DNA of 32,000 nucleotides from Candidatus Iainarchaeum sp. (GTDB lineage Archaea; Iainarchaeota; Iainarchaeia; Iainarchaeales; CSSED10-239): NCBI GenBank assembly GCA_028700115.1, contig JAQVTI010000001.1, positions 1 to 32,000 of the forward strand, read 5' to 3'. Shown piece by piece: positions 27,102 to 32,000 of this stretch (position 1 is its first letter; each line of letters starts with the position of its first letter). The notes under the pieces were generated by a model. It saw only the letters and a program-made list of their open reading frames with translations, ran no database searches and was not told where the DNA came from. The position numbers and the translations under genes were made by a program.

Positions 27102-27204
27102 ATTTAAATAACATTAAGTTGTATATATATACAAATAATTAGTTCCAAAATATATTTAAATGTTATTAAAAAAAGAAAAAAAAGAAAAAAATGCTTTATA
27201 AAAA

Positions 27205-28107
27205 TTAAGCATCAACTTTTAAATTTAATTTAGATTTTAATTCTCTATATCTATTTCTAATAGTTACTTCTGTAACACCTGCAACATTTGCAACTTCTTT
27301 TTGTGTTCTTCTTTCACCACACATTAAAGCAGCAATATAAACTGCAGCAGCCGCAACACCAGTTGGACCTCTCCCAGAAATTAATCCAGAAGAAACAGCT
27401 TTTTTTACAATTTTTTTACCTTTAGCTTCAACATCTGCAGAAAGATTTAAAACAGAAACAAATCTTGAAATATAATAACTTGGATCTGTTAAAGGAACAG
27501 AAATATCTAATTCTTTTACAATAAATCTATAAGTTCTTCCAATTTCTTTTTTAGTTAAACCAGAAGCCTCTGCCATTTCATTTAATGTTCTTGGAACATT
27601 ATATGTTCTACAAACAGAATATAATACTGCTGCAACAACAGCTTCAATTAATCGACCTCTAATCAAACCTTTTTCAACAGTTTTTCTATATAATAAAGCA
27701 GAAGTTTCTATTAAAGAATTAGGAATATTTAAATATGACGCCATTCTTCTAAGTTCTGTTAATGCAATTGATAAATTTCTTTGCATAGAATTTGAAATTG
27801 AAGATCTTTTATGCCATTTAATTAATCTATACATTTGAGCTCTTGATTTTGTTGAAAGCTTATTACCTCTATTATCTCTACCACTTCTTTCAATCATTGT
27901 TTCAAGACCTTTATTCATTTTTGTAAATTTCATAGGAGACCCAGTACTAACATTATCAAGTTTTTCAGAACCATCAAAAGATCTCCAATCTTTACCCATA
28001 TCTATTTGGTCTTCAGAAAGAACAACATGACATTTTTTACATATATAATCCCCAGTTTTTGGATCTCTATATATATTTTCACTTCCACATTCAGGACATT
28101 TCACCAT
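27205..28107 (-). CDS. tfb: Transcription initiation factor TFB (TFIIB homologue)
   Basis: N-terminal Zn ribbon CPECGS...YICKKCHVVL, a B-linker region, then two cyclin-like repeats (ALTELRRMASYLNIP..., EMAEASGLTKKEIGRTYRFI..., EVANVAGVTEVTIRNRYREL). Confidence 0.95.
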   Translation of the reverse strand: MVKCPECGSENIYRDPKTGDYICKKCHVVLSEDQIDMGKDWRSFDGSEKLDNVSTGSPMKFTKMNKGLETMIERSGRDNRGNKLSTKSRAQMYRLIKWHKRSSISNSMQRNLSIALTELRRMASYLNIPNSLIETSALLYRKTVEKGLIRGRLIEAVVAAVLYSVCRTYNVPRTLNEMAEASGLTKKEIGRTYRFIVKELDISVPLTDPSYYISRFVSVLNLSADVEAKGKKIVKKAVSSGLISGRGPTGVAAAAVYIAALMCGERRTQKEVANVAGVTEVTIRNRYRELKSKLNLKVDA

Positions 28108-28114
28108 ATTTTCA

Positions 28115-28120
28115 CACCTC
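28115..28120 (-). promoter_or_regulatory. Shine-Dalgarno-like site for tfb
   Basis: GAGGTG on the minus strand, 7 nt upstream of the tfb ATG (28107). It is complementary to the conserved CCUCC-containing 16S 3' end. Confidence 0.45.
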
Positions 28121-28308
28121 TAGGATATTATATTTAACATTTTAAATTAATTATATAAATATATATTTTATATTAAATTTTATTTTTCATAAACAATATT
28201 TTTCAAAAAAGAAATAGGCTTTTAAAAAATAATTTAAGCAAACCTATATAAATATAATGCTTTTTCTAGTATATAAAGCTTTTTATTTTATAAAAATATA
28301 TTAAAAAA

Positions 28309-29733
28309 CTATTCTTTATATTTTATTACACTAGAAGTAAATGTAGGTCTAAAAAGAAGTCTAAGAGGATCTCTATTTGGATAAGTAATTACACCATCAT
28401 TTTCAGAAATCATACTTATATTTACTTCAGAAACTTTTTCTTTTCTAAAATCTGTTTTATATTTACTACTTAAAATATATGAGATATTTGGATTATCTTT
28501 AATCTCATTAAATAAATTTTCACCAATAAAAATATTATTAAAAATTTCAGAAAGCTCTGGAAAAACAATTAAAATTTCTTTTTTTATATTTAAAGATATT
28601 TGTTTTAAAATATAATCAATATAATAAGAATAAAAAATATGATCTTTATTAATATTTAAAATTTTTACAGTTCCTATATGGGTATATCTTTGCTCAAATA
28701 ATTTTTTAATATCAGAAATACCAAATAAATTATTATATTTATCTTCAAGAACAACTAATTTAGAAATAACTCTTTGTTTTTCGAAATCTGTAATTTCATC
28801 ATTAATTTCTAATTTAGAAACATTTTCTCTAAGATTAGAGATATTAATAATATTTTTATCATATGCTTTAGAAATTATTAACTCAGAAATATTTGAAAAT
28901 TTAAAAATATTTATAAAAGCAGATTTAGGAATTGAAAATAAAGGAATTTTTAATGAAAAATAATCAATAACTTTGATAGGAAATCCAAAAGGATCCATTT
29001 TTAAATCAAAATTTTCTAAAACCCTTAAATTTTGCTGAGGATATGCCAAACTTACAAACATATTTGTAGAATCAAAAATAACAATTGTTTTTGAAGACAA
29101 AAGATAATTTTCAATAATTATTTTCATTACGAAAATTCTTTCGGCAAGATTAGAACCAAAAATTCCAACAGATTTTAATTGATCTATAGTAGTAGTTATT
29201 AAAACTCCTTCTTTTTTACCTAAAATAAATTTTTCTAAAGTTGTAGATTCATTTAAATTAAAAGATAAAGGAAGATTTGTTAAAATTTTTACAACACTAG
29301 GATCTGAAAAAAAATAATTAATTTCTTCATTTTTTGCAAGTTTTAAAGAAACTAATTTTAGATCATAAGATTTAACAACAGAAATTATAGACGAAACTCT
29401 TTGATTTAATTTATTTATTTTTTTATCAACATGATAAGATAAAGTATTAAAATCAACATGTTCTACATCTGTATGAAGTAAAAGATATTTATAATTATTT
29501 TTTTCACCAATATCTAAATGCTTTTCAAAAATTATAGCAGGATATGGAAGAGTGTTTGCAAAAATTTCTAAATCTCCTTTTGCAAGAAAAATTTTATAAA
29601 CTTGAATTAATGCGTTTTCATTATCTTTTAATTTTAAAAAAGTTACAAAAATATCATCTTTATAAAGTATATTTAGTTCTTGATTACCAAACTTACCTTG
29701 AAAAAGAGTATTCCATGTATTTAAAGATATCAT
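28309..29733 (-). CDS. Hypothetical protein; possible degenerate HerA/DUF87-like P-loop fold lacking a Walker A lysine
   Basis: A long clean ORF. LKSVGIFGSNLAERIFVMKIIIENYLLSSKTIVIFDSTNMF has the spacing of 'H..I.G.TGSGKS ... vviFD..gEy', but with GSNLAERI in place of GxxGxGKS. A later EILIVFPELSEIF resembles a Walker B strand. This is pattern recognition only. Confidence 0.5.
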   Translation of the reverse strand: MISLNTWNTLFQGKFGNQELNILYKDDIFVTFLKLKDNENALIQVYKIFLAKGDLEIFANTLPYPAIIFEKHLDIGEKNNYKYLLLHTDVEHVDFNTLSYHVDKKINKLNQRVSSIISVVKSYDLKLVSLKLAKNEEINYFFSDPSVVKILTNLPLSFNLNESTTLEKFILGKKEGVLITTTIDQLKSVGIFGSNLAERIFVMKIIIENYLLSSKTIVIFDSTNMFVSLAYPQQNLRVLENFDLKMDPFGFPIKVIDYFSLKIPLFSIPKSAFINIFKFSNISELIISKAYDKNIINISNLRENVSKLEINDEITDFEKQRVISKLVVLEDKYNNLFGISDIKKLFEQRYTHIGTVKILNINKDHIFYSYYIDYILKQISLNIKKEILIVFPELSEIFNNIFIGENLFNEIKDNPNISYILSSKYKTDFRKEKVSEVNISMISENDGVITYPNRDPLRLLFRPTFTSSVIKYKE

Positions 29734-29841
29734 AAAAAAACCTATATATAATATATTATTATGAAAATATTAAAACAAAACATTTTTAAGAAGTAACATA
29801 ATCTATAATTAATATATTTAAATAATAGGTATACAAAATAT

Positions 29842-30423
29842 GTGAAAAATATGGTAGATACACAAATAATACAAGAAACTATAAATGAACTTTTAGATGC
29901 AAATATAGATCAAAAAACAATATATGAAACATTAAAAGATATAGGTGTTGACCAAGGTGATATTGAAATAAATTATAATAAAATAATTAAAAATAGACAA
30001 AATATTAAAAAAGAAAAAACAGATCAAACATCTAAAGAAGAAAAATATGAAAATACTATACCAGAAAATAATAACATAGAAGAAGAAATAGAAGATAATA
30101 ACATTGAAGAAGATAATAACATAGAAGAACAAAAAATAGAATTTAAAAAAAATGAAAATATTAAAAATGAAAAAAATAGAAAAATAGAAGAATCAGAAGA
30201 TAAAATTGAAAATGAAATGATTGAATCTTCAAAAGAAATAAATAATATTAATGAAAACGAAGAAAATAAAAAAATAAAAAAAATTGAAACAAATAAAAAA
30301 AGTCAAACAGAAATTTCAGAAATTTATTCAGAAATTACAGAAATAAAAGCACAAATAAAAGGACTTACAAAAATAATGAAAGATATTCTTGAAGAAAATA
30401 GAAATATACTTAATAAATTATGA
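29842..30423 (+). CDS. Hypothetical highly charged (Glu/Lys/Asn-rich) low-complexity protein
   Basis: A short structured N-terminus (TINELLDANIDQKTIYETLKDIGVDQGDIEINY) is followed by a charged repeat region including NNIEEEIED / NNIEED / NNIEEQ. The C-terminal helix is EITEIKAQIKGLTKIMKDILEEN. The track start is GTG at 29842; ATG at 29851 is an alternative. Confidence 0.5.
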   Translation: MKNMVDTQIIQETINELLDANIDQKTIYETLKDIGVDQGDIEINYNKIIKNRQNIKKEKTDQTSKEEKYENTIPENNNIEEEIEDNNIEEDNNIEEQKIEFKKNENIKNEKNRKIEESEDKIENEMIESSKEINNINENEENKKIKKIETNKKSQTEISEIYSEITEIKAQIKGLTKIMKDILEENRNILNKL

Positions 30424-30849
30424 AAAAAGATAATCATAAGATTCTTTTGAAAATAAAAAAATTATTTCAAAAATAATTTCTCTTCTTTCAATTAAATTCT
30501 TCGAAAAAATACTTTTTACTAAACTATCAATTTTATAAATATCTAAAAAAGAATTATTAGTAGCAATAAAAATATCTCTTAAAGTATTCTGTTTTTCAAG
30601 TTCTGGCATATTTTTAAAAATAAAATCTGATTGCTTTCCAATAACATATAAAGGTAAAGACATTTCTTTTAAATTAATAATTTTTTTAATATAAAAAATA
30701 CCTCTTTTATATTCTCTTGGGTAACTTTTTGCAAGAATAGAATTAGATGCTCTTTTTTTTAAAGCTTTTTTATATTTATAACTATTATAAATATTTTCTT
30801 TTTTTAATTTTAAAATAATTTTACTAATAGGCTTATATTTATTTAACAT
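30418..30849 (-). CDS. Hypothetical basic protein
   Basis: A 143-aa ORF, last gene of a co-oriented string downstream of rpl15e. No motif recognised. Confidence 0.45.
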   Translation of the reverse strand: MLNKYKPISKIILKLKKENIYNSYKYKKALKKRASNSILAKSYPREYKRGIFYIKKIINLKEMSLPLYVIGKQSDFIFKNMPELEKQNTLRDIFIATNNSFLDIYKIDSLVKSIFSKNLIERREIIFEIIFLFSKESYDYLFS

Positions 30850-30881
30850 ATATTATCAAAAATACATAAAAACTATAACAA

Positions 30882-31190
30882 TTATGCCCCACCAAAAAGT
30901 TTTGAAAAATCAAAACCATCATCTGATGAGTCATCTTTTATTTTTTTCTTTTTAAATATATTAACTAATATTAATATTATTAAAAGAATAAAAGAAGAAA
31001 TAAATCCAAAAGAAAAATCTAAATTAAAAAAATAAAAACATAAAAAATAGATTAATAATAAAAATAAATTAGACCATGAAGCAGAGAAAATAAAAAATAC
31101 ACCTAAAGCAAATGCAGAAAGTATAATATAATTATATTGTGAAGAAATTATAATTAATAAAGAAAACAAAATAAAAGTTAATATCTCCAA
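30882..31190 (-). CDS. Small membrane protein (about 3 TM), acidic C-terminal tail
   Basis: Hydrophobic segments ILTFILFSLLIIISS, ILSAFALGVFFIFSA and FISSFILLIILILVNIF, then KKKKIKDDSSDDGFDF. Confidence 0.5.
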   Translation of the reverse strand: MEILTFILFSLLIIISSQYNYIILSAFALGVFFIFSASWSNLFLLLIYFLCFYFFNLDFSFGFISSFILLIILILVNIFKKKKIKDDSSDDGFDFSKLFGGA

Positions 31191-31219
31191 AATAAAATCT
31201 CCTTTATAAATTTATTAAA

Positions 31220-31477
31220 TTATATTTTTATTTTTATTGCTTTTTTAATATCTGCACCATATATCCAAAAAACTACAACCCCAATTGCAACAATCCAAAC
31301 AAGTTCTTGGAATCTAATAAAAATAAGATAAACAATAATAAGAGTTATAATTATTGCTGCAGTCTTATTTGCAATCTTACCTTTACTCCAAACATATATA
31401 GACATTGAAAAAACTATCAATAACAATAACCATAAAACATCTTGAAAAGATGTTGCTAAAAATATATTTGGATACAT
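31220..31477 (-). CDS. Small membrane protein (about 3 TM)
   Basis: Hydrophobic segments VLWLLLLIVFSMSIYVW, AAIIITLIIVYLIFI and LVWIVAIGVVVFWIY. It is co-oriented with rpl15e. Confidence 0.5.
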   Translation of the reverse strand: MYPNIFLATSFQDVLWLLLLIVFSMSIYVWSKGKIANKTAAIIITLIIVYLIFIRFQELVWIVAIGVVVFWIYGADIKKAIKIKI

Positions 31478-31506
31478 AATAAAATTAATAAAAGAAAAGT
31501 TTAAAA

Positions 31507-32000
31507 CTACTTAGTTTTTCTTTTATTTGCTCTATTAGAAGGTCTTGCCTTTTCAGAACCAAAACCTTTATTTGAAAGACCTCTATTTTTCTTTGAAGCA
31601 GAAGTTTTACCTCTTTCAGCTCTACCTTTGTGTTTTTCTGAAACAATCCAATTAATCTTTAAATCATTTACAACTGCTGGATGATTTGGATCTACCATAA
31701 TTACTTCATAATATTTTTTTTGACCATCTTCTCCAATTAAATAAGAATTTAAAGCTTCTAAATTTGAATATTTTGCACTAGCTTTTTGTTCAGCCATTCT
31801 TTGAATAGAAATTCTTCTTGTAATTTTATTTACACCCATTCTTTTAGGTCGTCTACCAGCATTTGGTCTTCTAACAAGCCCAGAACCTTTTCTTACCTTT
31901 ACAAAAACTATATTAAAACCTTGTTTTGCTTTATAACCTAATTCTCTAGCTCTAATAGGATTTGTTGGTTTATCAAGCATAATAATTGATCCTTCTTTAT
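31507..32000 (-). CDS. rpl15e: 50S ribosomal protein L15e (5' end lies beyond the right window edge)
   Basis: ARELGYKAKQGFNIVFVKVRKGSG..RRPNAGRRPKRMGVNKITRRISIQRMAEQKA...LNSY..GEDG..KYYEVIMVDPNHPAV matches the L15e sequence pattern as I recall it. The frame stays open upstream of the track's Met (KEGSII-MLDKPT...) to position 32000, and known L15e proteins have a further N-terminal segment upstream of this region. Confidence 0.93.
   Translation of the reverse strand, partial: KEGSIIMLDKPTNPIRARELGYKAKQGFNIVFVKVRKGSGLVRRPNAGRRPKRMGVNKITRRISIQRMAEQKASAKYSNLEALNSYLIGEDGQKKYYEVIMVDPNHPAVVNDLKINWIVSEKHKGRAERGKTSASKKNRGLSNKGFGSEKARPSNRANKRKTK

Noticed and set aside
1-32000. Alternative genetic code (TGA or TAG recoding).
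   Set aside because: Conserved proteins (tyrS, gltX, tfb, trxB, the ATPase) translate full length with the standard code. TGA terminates ORFs at sensible positions (219-221 and 9397-9399).

Overview
This window is very AT-rich (about three quarters A+T by eye), densely coded and clearly archaeal. It carries TFB, ribosomal protein L15e, archaeal-type TyrRS and GluRS, Trm5, and a protein with an archaeal class III (pilin-type) signal peptide. The small, tightly packed genes and large repeat-rich surface proteins suggest a DPANN-like lineage, but that is inference only. Standard stop codons are used, including TGA. Many genes have a GTGAT/GGTGA/GAGGTG Shine-Dalgarno-like motif 3-7 nt upstream of the start, which helps refine starts.

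Housekeeping genes: tfb, rpl15e (cut by the right edge), tyrS, gltX, trm5-like, tRNA-Asn(GUU), trxB, scpA and scpB.

Accessory content:
- A convergent, 3'-overlapping DNA methyltransferase / putative restriction endonuclease pair (about 215-1947), with a small untracked membrane ORF.
- A large beta-helix surface protein containing a 21-bp tandem repeat.
- A bacterial-type DisA diadenylate cyclase next to a Ca2+-type P-ATPase.
- A cold-shock-domain protein.
- A decayed branched-chain amino-acid ABC transporter operon: truncated livK fused to the tail of livH, an intact-looking livM, and no ATPase genes.
- A single fic gene bracketed by two near-identical 55-bp hairpin repeats.
- An 899-aa pilin-signal multi-domain adhesin inserted between scpA and scpB.
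- An extracytoplasmic Lon-domain protease with a SHOCT-like cytoplasmic tail.

The strongest candidate for something new is the fic gene. The outer 7-mers of its flanking repeats fit integron attC R''/R' core consensus in the canonical cassette orientation. No integrase is visible in the window, so it would be an integrase-less, CALIN-like cassette.

No CRISPR array, rRNA or recognisable transposase is present. All homology calls come from motif recognition by eye; no searches were run.
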